From positions 4,192,001-4,256,000 of the forward strand of contig OY759353.1 in NCBI GenBank assembly GCA_963662315.1: a stretch of DNA of 64,000 nucleotides. The letters are read 5' to 3'. The stretch comes from Geopsychrobacteraceae bacterium (lineage in GTDB: Bacteria; Desulfobacterota; Desulfuromonadia; Desulfuromonadales; Geopsychrobacteraceae). Position 1 is the first letter of the stretch. Every line of letters starts with the position of its first letter. The notes beneath the pieces are model-generated. The model had not been told where the DNA came from. It was given only the letters and a program-made list of their open reading frames with translations, and made no database searches. A program made the translations under genes and the position numbers. This document shows positions 49,900 to 59,302 of this stretch, in pieces.

Positions 49900-51470
49900 C
49901 GCCGTGCGGGGCGCAACCCCGCGACTTTGCTTGTTTTATTTCAATCATAAAAGACAACACCGCCGGGTCCCGGCCCGGCAGCCGGATTCATTTTTTCCAG
50001 CGATGAAAAAATGAATCAAAAAAATCTTTGAAGGTCAAACACACTGACGAGAATAGATTCGGTCTACGTTTAATCGTTGCAACCAGCAGGGCACAGACCG
50101 CCCAACGATGCTGCGCATCCATGGGCAGAATCGAATTGGAAAAGGTATATAAAAATGCCAACGGCATTTTTGCGGTTCTGGCCATCAGGCGCGTATTGCG
50201 CCGTCGGCCGGCTGCTTAAATGCTGAGATGTTTCCTTGGAGAGACGAAGCCCGAGTACGGACCCTTTAAAGAAGGGCGTTTTGTGCTTACTATTTGTCGC
50301 CCGCCTGGGACAAATAGTAAGGCGTCGTGCGGGGCGCAACCCCGCGACTTTGCTTGTTTCATTTCAATCATAAAAGACAACACCGGCGGGTCCCGGCCCG
50401 CCAGCCGGCTTCATTTTTCCCAACGATGGAAAAACGAAGCAAAAAGATCTTTGAAGGTCAAGGTAACTGACGATAGCTGTGTTGGGTTACGGTTAAAGGT
50501 ATCTGGGTGCAATTAACCGGTAGCCCACGCTGCTGTCGCAGCTAATGGGCAAGGGCGTTAGTTGGAAGACGAAGTATAGAGTTTCTATCGGTTTTCGCTA
50601 CTAAACCCACCATCAATAAATAATGCGGTTCTGGCCATCAGGCGTGATCTGAGCCGTTAGGCTGGCTGGTCAATTTCTGGTTGCCTCTTGACGCACAACG
50701 ACGCCCAAACACGGACATATTAAAGAGGGCTTTTTGTGCTTACTATTTTTAGCCTGATTGTGAAAAATAGTAAGGCGCAGTGCGGGGGCGCAACCCCGTG
50801 ATTTTGTTTGTTTCATTTAAATCATAAAAGGCAACACCGGCGGGTCCCGGCCCGCCAGCCGGCTTCATTTTTCCCAACGATGGAAAAACGAAGCAAAAAG
50901 ATCTTTGAAGGTCAAGGTAACTGACGAAAGCTGTGTTGGGTTACGGTTAAAGGTATCTGGGTGCAATTAACCGGCAGCCCACGCTGCTGTCGCAGCTAAT
51001 GGGCAAGGGCGTTAGTTGGAAGACGAAGTATAGAGTTTCTATCGGTTTTCGCTACTAAACCCACCATCAATAAATAATGCGGTTCTGGCCATCAGGCGTG
51101 ATCTGAGCCGTCAGGCCGGCTGGTCAATTTCTGGTTGCCTCTTGACGCACAACGACGCCCAAACGCGGACATATTAAAGAGGGCTTTTTGTGCTTACTAT
51201 TTTTAGCCTGATTGTGAAAAATAGTAAGGCGCAGTGCGGGGGCGCAACCCCGTGACTTTGCTTGTTTCATTTAAATCATAAAAGACGAAACCGCCGGGTC
51301 CCGGCCCGGCAGCCGGATTCATTTTTTCCAGCGATGAAAAAACGAATCAAAAAAATCTTTGAAGGTCAAACACACTGACGAGAATAGATTCGGTCAACGT
51401 CTAATCGTTGCAACTAGCAGTGAACAGACCGCCCAACGATGCTGCGCATCCATGGGCAGAACCGAATTGA
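49900..51470. repeat. Tandem array of the large structured repeat (units A, B, B, partial A)
   Basis: Unit starts near 49960, 50382, 50835, 51291; periods ~422-456 bp. Confidence 0.95.
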
Positions 51471-51723
51471 GAGGGAAAATAAAAATATTGTAATGTTCTG
51501 TTTTTGGGTGTAGTTTTACGGGGCATTGTTTTTGAAAACATTAAATGAAAAGCCGTAATTTGTGAGATTTGGGGAATCTTCAGGTTGCGGTTTTTTTGTG
51601 TGTCAGATCTTGAGTTGATTTGTGTGTAATTGACTATATATCACGCAGAGGCAATATTCAGAAATTTGATATAACTTATTGTTATTAATTGGAAATGAAG
51701 AGTTTTTGTGAAGATCAGCCTTG

Positions 51724-51762
51724 TTATAACACGTCCAATATCACGTATATTACATGTTAGAC
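51724..51762 (+). other. Probable attI-like integration site
   Basis: TACATG|TTAGAC core with no attC palindrome; ATGTT is preserved in the IS4 target duplication at 53465. Confidence 0.6.
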
Positions 51763-51791
51763 ATCTATTTTAAATAGCAGAAAGTAAATTT

Positions 51792-52106
51792 ATGTATTTT
51801 GAAATGAGGACTTATACAATTCGAATTGGGATGATTAATGAATATATGTCTCTTTTTGAAAAGGTAGGGTTGCCAATCCTTGAGCGTTATTCTGAGCTTG
51901 TTGGTTACTGGTACACGGACATCGGTGAGTTAAATCAAGTAATCCATATCTGGCGTTATGAAAGCCTTGACCAAAGAACAATCCAACGCAAAAAGCTCTA
52001 CGAAGATCCGGACTGGAAATCAAAGTTTCTTCCAGATGCCATGCGTATGCTCGAAAAACAAGAGAATAAAATTATGCTTGCGGCATCATTTTCACCAATC
52101 AAATAG
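51792..52106 (+). CDS. NIPSNAP family protein (cassette)
   Basis: EMRTY, GELNQVIHIW; bounded by GTTAGAC/GTCTAAC. Confidence 0.9.
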   Translation: MYFEMRTYTIRIGMINEYMSLFEKVGLPILERYSELVGYWYTDIGELNQVIHIWRYESLDQRTIQRKKLYEDPDWKSKFLPDAMRMLEKQENKIMLAASFSPIK

Positions 52107-52110
52107 GGTT

Positions 52111-52215
52111 GTCTAACCCCAGCATCAACCGGATGGAACGGAGCTATGCAAAATCCGCAAGAAGTCTACTAAATCGAAACGCATGGCCGCCACCGGTTAT
52201 GCAAAGCCGTTAACC
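52111..52215 (+). other. attC site
   Basis: GTCTAAC...TCAACCGG...CCGGTTA...GTTAACC. Confidence 0.88.
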
Positions 52216-53464
52216 CACTGCTGTCTCATAGTTTTGGATAAGCGATAACTGCCTGTTGTATAACGATATTTTTTGCTTTTGTGGTAAGAACAGCTCTTTG
52301 AAATCGCGTCTTTCGAACAACTTTAGCTGCAATATTTGCAACATCTGCTGCATTGAGCGTCCGACCTTCGACTGAAATTTCAGGAATGCCAGCACCAGGT
52401 ACGCGCACAGAGCAATCCAAAATTGAGTCATCACAGCATTGCGTGAAGTTCCAAGAAAGCTCTTGATGCGCAGGTTTTTCTTGATCCATTTGAAGAACAG
52501 CTCAATCTGTCAGCGTTCTTTATACCGTTCAGCGACCGTTGCCGCCGGGATGTCCAGTGCGTTGGTCACAAATTCATAAGTGATGTCGGTCTCGACATCC
52601 AGATACACGACCCTGCGGTATGTTCCGTCGATGCCTTGCAACTGAATATGTTGATCCAGCGGCACTCCTGGACTTTTCCGGCCCCGGCGCTTTTTGCCGG
52701 GAATGGTGACCGCATTGCTTTTCAGTCTTGCAACGAAGTGGACACCTTCGTCCGTAAGCTCCTGATACCATTTGTAATCAGTGTAGCCCCGGTCGAAAAC
52801 AACATAGGAGCCCTTGGGAAAATCCAGTTGTCTGGCGACCTTGATTTCATGCTCCTTGCCTTCGGTCAGATCAACAAAGGCTGGCAAATAGCCATCCGCA
52901 TCCAGGCCGATATGGAGTTTAGCTGCTCCTTTCTCCTTGCGGTACTTTGCCCAAGGAAACAGGGAGAGCGTCAGATCAATTATCGATGCATCAAGAAGGT
53001 AAAGCTTCTCCTTGAACTTGAACCGCTTTCGCGGTGCGCAACTCTGACAACGAGCCAGTAACTGCTGAAACATGGCCTCGTACATCTGGTGAGGCTGTGT
53101 TTCGTTCGCTCTGGCTAAGGTCGCCCGTGAACGGTTTAACGCCAAGATGGTAGAGCTTGCTACCCTGGGTGGCAATATTATCAGTAATATCCCGCAGACT
53201 GCTGCGGCCTGTCCGTTGGGCTGTGAGCAGGGCCACAAACTGGGTCCACCGGGAAAACGAGCGGAATTTCTGACCGAGGTGATGCTTGTTCACCAGCGTC
53301 TGAAATTCATGTCTCGGGAAAATTCGTATAATTTGAGAAAGAACAGTGCTTTAATGCGCCATGGATCAGAACTTATTGTCTTTATTGTGTTTTTTGGCGA
53401 ATTCATTGTAACACAAACGGGTTCCGATCCTTTTATTTATCGATCAAACTATGAGACAGCAGTG
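52216..53464 (-). mobile_element. IS4 family element with pseudogenised transposase
   Basis: Terminal IR CACTGCTGTCTCATAGTTT; fragments DASIIDL, KLH, VFDRGY, YKER*QIELFFKWIK; stops and frameshift. Confidence 0.9.
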
Positions 53465-53516
53465 ATGTTAACCTCAAAACGTGCAGTCTTAAACAATATC
53501 TACCTAGGAGATTACA

Positions 53517-54500
53517 ATGAAACAACGACTTGTGAGAGTTACGCTTTTATTTGCTATTGCATTACTTTCTCTAACTGGCTGTGCTAGCCTCAATTACAAA
53601 ATTAGCAACCCTGCTACACCTGATGTCCAATATGACACAACTAACAACAAGACAGTTCTTATTAAAATTGAAGATGCCAGAACCAATAAAGAGTTTCACC
53701 AGAAAACAGCCAACTTAAAACAAGTAAATATACAATTAGAAAATGTTGAGAACCCTATTGCTTGGCTTTCTCAATCATTAAAAAATGAATTAACAGCTCG
53801 TGGCATACCTGTAACCATAGTCCAAGAAGAATCACCAGAAAAAGCTGACCTTGTGCTATTAATAAAAAAATATGAAATAGTCAGCCGTCGCGTAAGCGGT
53901 TTTTCCCCATGGATAGCTACCCATTCATTTTATGGTGAACTGCAAGTTCACGACAAGACATTCAAAATTATTTCCTTTTTCTATGGTGGAAAAGTTCCAG
54001 TGTGGTCTATGAATGAGATACTAGATCCATGTTTTAATATACCTATGTCAGTGGTCATTAAAGAAATAGCCTCGAAGATAAACCGTTATGCTCTTGGGTA
54101 TAGCATGAGCACAAGCAAGGTTGAACAATTAGCTGCTACAGCTAAACAAAGTTCTGAGCAAAAAGACCAAAATACATACATTTCGGTATTAGAACTAGGT
54201 GGGTCAAATAACTCCACGGCCATGGATACACTTATAGCTCTCTCAGAAAGTGAGGATCCCATGACCAAATCTGTTGCACTTTCCTCAATTGGTGTGCTTG
54301 GAGCTGAGGGAAATTTTAACTTCCTCAAGAATAAATATGAACAAAATGCCGACTTAGCGAAATTCATGGCACTTAAGTCAATTGGAGATATAGGCTCATC
54401 AGAATCCATATCGTTCTTAAACCAGGTCAAGCTAGGTGAAGATTACATGAACATGAACGGCATTAAACACTGTGTTGACCTGTATCTAGACAGGCCATAG
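53517..54500 (+). CDS. Lipoprotein with C-terminal HEAT-like repeats (cassette)
   Basis: Lipobox LTGC; ALSSIG/ALKSIGDIG repeats; bounded by GTTAACC/GGTTAAC. Confidence 0.8.
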   Translation: MKQRLVRVTLLFAIALLSLTGCASLNYKISNPATPDVQYDTTNNKTVLIKIEDARTNKEFHQKTANLKQVNIQLENVENPIAWLSQSLKNELTARGIPVTIVQEESPEKADLVLLIKKYEIVSRRVSGFSPWIATHSFYGELQVHDKTFKIISFFYGGKVPVWSMNEILDPCFNIPMSVVIKEIASKINRYALGYSMSTSKVEQLAATAKQSSEQKDQNTYISVLELGGSNNSTAMDTLIALSESEDPMTKSVALSSIGVLGAEGNFNFLKNKYEQNADLAKFMALKSIGDIGSSESISFLNQVKLGEDYMNMNGIKHCVDLYLDRP

Positions 54501-54542
54501 AAATTGTAGACTTGAGATTTACCTTTCAATTTCAAACTGTTA

Positions 54543-54590
54543 TTACCCCAGTTCTTTTGTCTAACTAAAAAAGAACTGGGGTAGCAAGCT
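54543..54590 (+). terminator. Hairpin after cassette gene
   Basis: TACCCCAGTTCTTTT...AAAAGAACTGGGGTA. Confidence 0.6.
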
Positions 54591-54608
54591 AGTACGAGGA
54601 TGAACAAA

Positions 54609-54699
54609 GGTTAACAAATGCATTTACCTGGTGGCGAGAAGCGCGGCGGCATTGATGCGGCAAGTTCAATTGCGCCACTGGTGATGCAGGTCGTTCAGT
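54609..54699 (+). other. attC site
   Basis: GGTTAAC...TGCATTTACC...GGTGATGCA...GTTCAGT. Confidence 0.82.
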
Positions 54700-54711
54700 G
54701 TACAGGCTAAT

Positions 54712-55167
54712 ATGAAAAATATTAAAATCCATATTGTTTACTTAACTGTAATCGTTGCCCTTGTCATAGCGCTTTTTGTTACGAATATCCCAAATTTATT
54801 ACGGTGGTACTTTTATCGCGATGGCATAGTTTACATGGAAATTAAACAGGATGTTGAGATATCCAATCCAGAGACTGGCGATGTGATTGGTAAAATTTAT
54901 AGCGGAGCAGTCCTCCAGGGGCCATCAATCGAAGATTTAGACGATACCGATTTAGGAGACAATGGCCGCTGGAAAATCCTGCTGGATGCAGACGTAGTCA
55001 AAGGGGAGCATCGGAAATACATCAACTCTAGTAATAGAGAAAAGCTTAAAATCCCTTTTCGCTACGTATTGAAGAATACCGAACACTTATCAGGCCCCCG
55101 GCCGTCAAGAGTAAAGAATAGCGTCAACGCAAAAGATTCACCTTTTCGTTCTTTGACAAGCGACTGA
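54712..55167 (+). CDS. Hypothetical membrane-anchored protein (cassette); C-terminus reads into the inserted element
   Basis: N-terminal TM segment; inverse core ACCGAAC at 55078. Confidence 0.7.
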   Translation: MKNIKIHIVYLTVIVALVIALFVTNIPNLLRWYFYRDGIVYMEIKQDVEISNPETGDVIGKIYSGAVLQGPSIEDLDDTDLGDNGRWKILLDADVVKGEHRKYINSSNREKLKIPFRYVLKNTEHLSGPRPSRVKNSVNAKDSPFRSLTSD

Positions 55168-55196
55168 TTGAAAACGGTCTAGGACGATTGCACAGG

Positions 55197-55994
55197 TCAA
55201 TTGCCCATCAGTTGTTTAATCTTCAAGGTAATATAAAGAATTCTGTCAGATAATGTCTTTTCTCCTTCGCCCTTAAAAACATGACTCGGGCCGATGAGTG
55301 ACAGCGCAGCAATAGCGAGATTATTTTTTTTGAGGATCGGTGTTGCTAGCGAGCAAACACCATCCGTCGCTTCCTGGTCGGAAAAAGCGCATCCTTTTTT
55401 GCGGATATTGATCAGCTCGTGCTGGAGTTGATCAAATTCCAGAGCCTGGTTGTCTGCAGACTGTTCCCTGATTGCTTCCTGTAAGATAGTGTTAATTGCT
55501 TCGGGCGGCGAATAGGCAAGTAGGATACGCCCTGCTGCGGTTGGCAGCAGATCGACTTCATCGCCGATAGTGGCGACGTATACTAGCGGGGCATGACCCA
55601 TTTCACTTGCAATGCACAGGCCTTTTCCCCGATCAAGAACGTATAGTGCCGTTGATAGCCCGGTGCTCGCTGTCAACTCTCTCATGTAGAGAGACACAAG
55701 AGATCTGAAGGGGTTTGATTTATCGTAAATCTTTCCCATCGTCTGGGTCTTGGCTCCCAGACGAAAGACATTGTTGGTAAGTTCCGCCAAATATCCGGAG
55801 TGAACCAGTGTGTGGCACAGGTTCGTTGTGCGTTTTTCATTGAGGCCGATTTTTTGGCTAATCGCCTCAACTGAAAGTTCAATCGTCTTTTCGGAAAAAA
55901 AGCCGAGAATTTGCAAGGCAAAGCTGACAGAGTCGACCAGAGGTAATGATTCGGGCTGTGAATCAAACCATGGGACCGTGTTTTCTAGTGTCAT
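55197..55994 (-). CDS. IclR family regulator
   Basis: N-terminal HTH, TAAGRILLAY, SLATPI. Confidence 0.9.
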   Translation of the reverse strand: MTLENTVPWFDSQPESLPLVDSVSFALQILGFFSEKTIELSVEAISQKIGLNEKRTTNLCHTLVHSGYLAELTNNVFRLGAKTQTMGKIYDKSNPFRSLVSLYMRELTASTGLSTALYVLDRGKGLCIASEMGHAPLVYVATIGDEVDLLPTAAGRILLAYSPPEAINTILQEAIREQSADNQALEFDQLQHELINIRKKGCAFSDQEATDGVCSLATPILKKNNLAIAALSLIGPSHVFKGEGEKTLSDRILYITLKIKQLMGN

Positions 55995-56072
55995 GATATC
56001 TTCTCATCATAGGCAACAGCACATTGACTGTGCGGTTTTCCCTCCGCGGATCATCGTGCCATGAACCAGCGA

Positions 56073-56876
56073 TCAGACCAGGCCGGATATGTGTTCAGAG
56101 GTTTTTAGTAGTTCGACAAGCAGTGCCTGTTTCTCTTTGCCGGTGAATCTTTGGCTGGGACCAATAATAGCAAGTGCAGCAGTTACCTGATCTGCATAAT
56201 TGAAAACCGGGGCTGCGATGGCGGAAATACCAACCTCTAGTTCCCACTCGTTAAAACCATAGCCGTTTTCACGAATCGAATTCAACTCTTTCTCGAAATC
56301 AATTGGTGCAGGTTGGGAGTGTTTGGCAATTATCTTGGGCTTTGATTGATCAAGAAATTTTTTCTGAAAGTCAGCAGGGGCATAGGCCAGTAAAACTTTG
56401 CCGGCAGCTGTGGCTGGTAGTTCCATGGTGTCCCCTTCGTTAATAGTAAAAACCAGTCGGGCTTCACTGACCTTACGGGCGATGCATATGCAATTACTCT
56501 GATGCAATGTAAATAAAGCGGTTGATTCCCCGGTATTACGACTTAGTTCATGCATGTAGTTTGACGCGACGGACTTTAAAGAATTGGTTTGTTCATAGGT
56601 TTTTCCCAAACTGAGCAGCTTTGGTCCCAGGCGGTAATTGGTCCATGATGAGCGCACCAGATAGCCTGATTCCAGCAGGGTTGCGCAGAGGCGATGAACT
56701 CTGCTTTTGTAAAGGCCTGTTTTGCTGCACAATTCCTTGAGGGATAGATCTGCCTCCTGCCGGTTAAAGCAATCCAGAATTTCAAGCGCTTTAATGACTG
56801 ATTCTACCGTAGGGTAATTGGTTGTCTTTGCGGTTGTCGTTCCCGGTACAATATCCTTGTAAGCAGCTTTCTGCAT
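56073..56876 (-). CDS. IclR family regulator
   Basis: GLYKSRVHRL, TAAGKVLLAY, AIAAPVF. Confidence 0.92.
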   Translation of the reverse strand: MQKAAYKDIVPGTTTAKTTNYPTVESVIKALEILDCFNRQEADLSLKELCSKTGLYKSRVHRLCATLLESGYLVRSSWTNYRLGPKLLSLGKTYEQTNSLKSVASNYMHELSRNTGESTALFTLHQSNCICIARKVSEARLVFTINEGDTMELPATAAGKVLLAYAPADFQKKFLDQSKPKIIAKHSQPAPIDFEKELNSIRENGYGFNEWELEVGISAIAAPVFNYADQVTAALAIIGPSQRFTGKEKQALLVELLKTSEHISGLV

Positions 56877-56931
56877 GGCCCTATCCGTATACGTTAGTGA
56901 AAAGACATCTGATTGAATATTATGCGAATAT

Positions 56932-57924
56932 TTAGTTTGAGTTTTTTACTAAGGTTTTTAAACGTTCAGGTGAGCTGAAATTGTCAAGGGCTTCCTGTAT
57001 TTGATCAAGACCAATGATGCTGGATAGTAGTGGCTTGGTATCAATAGCCCCTTGGTCGAGAAGTTCTATGCAATGAGGAATTTCATCAGTATAGATCATA
57101 GACCCTTTAATTTGCAGCTCTTTGCGGACAATTTGCTCAACAGCAATCGGGCTTGGCGTGGCAGGGACACCCAGCAGGATGATAGTGGCCTTGGGCGCTG
57201 CAAGCTGGATTGCCTGTTCCAGCCCCGAGTTCGCACCACTGGTTTCAAAAACAACATCAAAGCAGTTGTGTAGATCATTGAGGCGCTGTTGGGTGACTAT
57301 TCCTTCTTGGGCACCGAATTGGCGCGCAATGTCGAGTCTGAAATCAATCAGGTCGCAGGCGTACACATGCTGGGTGTGCTGCAGGGCCAGTTGTAATGTC
57401 AATTGGCCAATGACTCCAGCGCCAAACACCAGAACGCGATCTTCCGGATTGATGGAGGCCATCTGAACGCCGTGCGCACAAACCGCCAGAGGTTCTGCAA
57501 AAACAGCGACTGCGTCTGTCAGGGATGATGGAACCGGATAAAGAGCTTTTTCCGGAACGGCAATGTAATCGGCAAAAACGCCATTGGTATCAATCCCAAC
57601 TCGGATTTTGTGACGGCAAATATTTTTAAGACCTTTGCGGCACATGTCGCATTCGCCGCAAGAATAATTAGGATGAATGATAACCCGCTGCCCCTTCTTG
57701 AATCTGGTTACTTTAGCACCTTCTTCTTCAATAATTCCGACTGCTTCATGTCCAGGAATGATTGGAAAAGGGTTGTTGTATTTTCCTTTGAAGATGGAGT
57801 GATCTGAACCGCAAATTCCGCTTAGATTCACCGAAATAAGAACTTCTTCTGGTTTTACGGTCGGTGTTTCTGCTGTTACGGTGGTTGTGATTGAACCGGG
57901 TCTTTCAAGTACCGCTGCTCTCAT
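56932..57924 (-). CDS. Zn-dependent dehydrogenase (sorbitol/threonine dehydrogenase-like MDR)
   Basis: GICGSD, GHE, CGECDMC...C, EPLA, GAGVIG. Confidence 0.92.
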   Translation of the reverse strand: MRAAVLERPGSITTTVTAETPTVKPEEVLISVNLSGICGSDHSIFKGKYNNPFPIIPGHEAVGIIEEEGAKVTRFKKGQRVIIHPNYSCGECDMCRKGLKNICRHKIRVGIDTNGVFADYIAVPEKALYPVPSSLTDAVAVFAEPLAVCAHGVQMASINPEDRVLVFGAGVIGQLTLQLALQHTQHVYACDLIDFRLDIARQFGAQEGIVTQQRLNDLHNCFDVVFETSGANSGLEQAIQLAAPKATIILLGVPATPSPIAVEQIVRKELQIKGSMIYTDEIPHCIELLDQGAIDTKPLLSSIIGLDQIQEALDNFSSPERLKTLVKNSN

Positions 57925-58792
57925 GACGTAATTCCCTGCTGGAACAAATTGATATCAGAAGCCTACGAATGCTAATGTGTCTGTTGTCGGAAAATGGACC
58001 TCTTTTGATAGCTGCCGGGCCGCTCAATGAGGGGACTTTTGTTGTGCCTGGCGCAGCACCCAGTACCTCTCTTTGATTTTCTGACTATTAGTGAAACATG
58101 ACTCGTTTCCAACTTTAAAACTGATCGGCCTGTCCTCTGGATTTGGGTAGGGAGAAGGGCAGCAGATCAAATAATGCTAGAACGACGTTAAGGTATTTAC
58201 TGTTAGGATATTTTAGCAAGAACTTTTTTTGTCTTTTGGTATTACGTCCTTTTTTTTGAGTTTAATCGTAAGTTTTAAAGGATAAATGTTTTTTGTTGGT
58301 AAGTGTTTATTCCGTTCTACGTTGGTTTTATTTTAATAATAATAATAAAAAGTTGAGATAATAGGATATGCTGATTTGAAAAAACCAATAAAAAGGCTTG
58401 AAGAAGCTTTATTCTTGATTGTTTAGTTCCTTTGGAAATATGGTTTTATGCTGATCTGTATTCTTTAAATAGCAGATAATACAGGATTATATCTATTTTT
58501 TCTTTGGGCTTTTGAATGCTTTCTTATCGTTGCTTTTGCTGAATTTGGATTGTTTTTTAAATTCTTGACATTTTATCCCCCCGAAAATATCCTTTTGGTA
58601 GAGTTTGGCGTCCTATTGGTAGGGATAGTGAGCTGGGCGTTTGTAACAATATTTTGGCAATTTTGATGATCGATGATTTTGCGCCCGTTTGAGAGGGTGA
58701 TTATAGGTAGAGGCATCCACTGGCACTATATTTAAGTGTTGGCGGAATTTATGTTGGTGATTTTCTGTTCCACGTTTTGAGAAGGGTTAACC

Positions 58793-59281
58793 ATGACCGA
58801 GCATGCGAAAGATGGTTCTGTAGTCTCTGATCACGAAAGGCCTAAAGGCGAATATAAGATGATGATGATTTTGTTTGTCATTGTCGTTGCGCTTTTTGTC
58901 GATTCTCTGAAGAGCGAAGGCTTTTTCCAGGGCGTTACCGCCGGGCCGGGCAGTATTCCCCAGTTGGTTGGCGGGGGCACCATTCTGATGATTTTGGGTT
59001 TGGGTATTCAGTATTTCCGCAAAGGGTACCGGGATGGGTCCTTCGCTGATCTGATGCATCATCTTTTTGATCGTGAAGTTGTTATCCTGCTGATCACTCT
59101 TGCCATCTACGGTTTTATTCTGGAGACACTTCATTTTGTCCCCTCAACGTTTATCTTTCTTGTTGCGACGATGTATCTCCTCGAGCCTAAGAAATTGTGG
59201 CTGAAAGTTCTCGTTTCGGCGGGGGTATTGGGAGTACTTTACCTGATCTTTTCCACCTTGTTTCAAGTTGTTTTGCCGTAA
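58793..59281 (+). CDS. tctB: TTT transporter small membrane subunit
   Basis: Four TM segments, GPGSIP, terminal FQVVLP. Confidence 0.85.
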   Translation: MTEHAKDGSVVSDHERPKGEYKMMMILFVIVVALFVDSLKSEGFFQGVTAGPGSIPQLVGGGTILMILGLGIQYFRKGYRDGSFADLMHHLFDREVVILLITLAIYGFILETLHFVPSTFIFLVATMYLLEPKKLWLKVLVSAGVLGVLYLIFSTLFQVVLP

Positions 59282-59302
59282 TTCTGTCTGGAGGAAGTAA
59301 CT

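Noticed and set aside
49900..51470. CRISPR or other spacer array
   Set aside because: Units are 420-455 bp and mostly conserved; there is no short repeat with unique spacers and no cas genes in the window.
57925..58792. Long AT-rich intergenic region as ncRNA
   Set aside because: No recognisable structure; consistent with a divergent promoter region.
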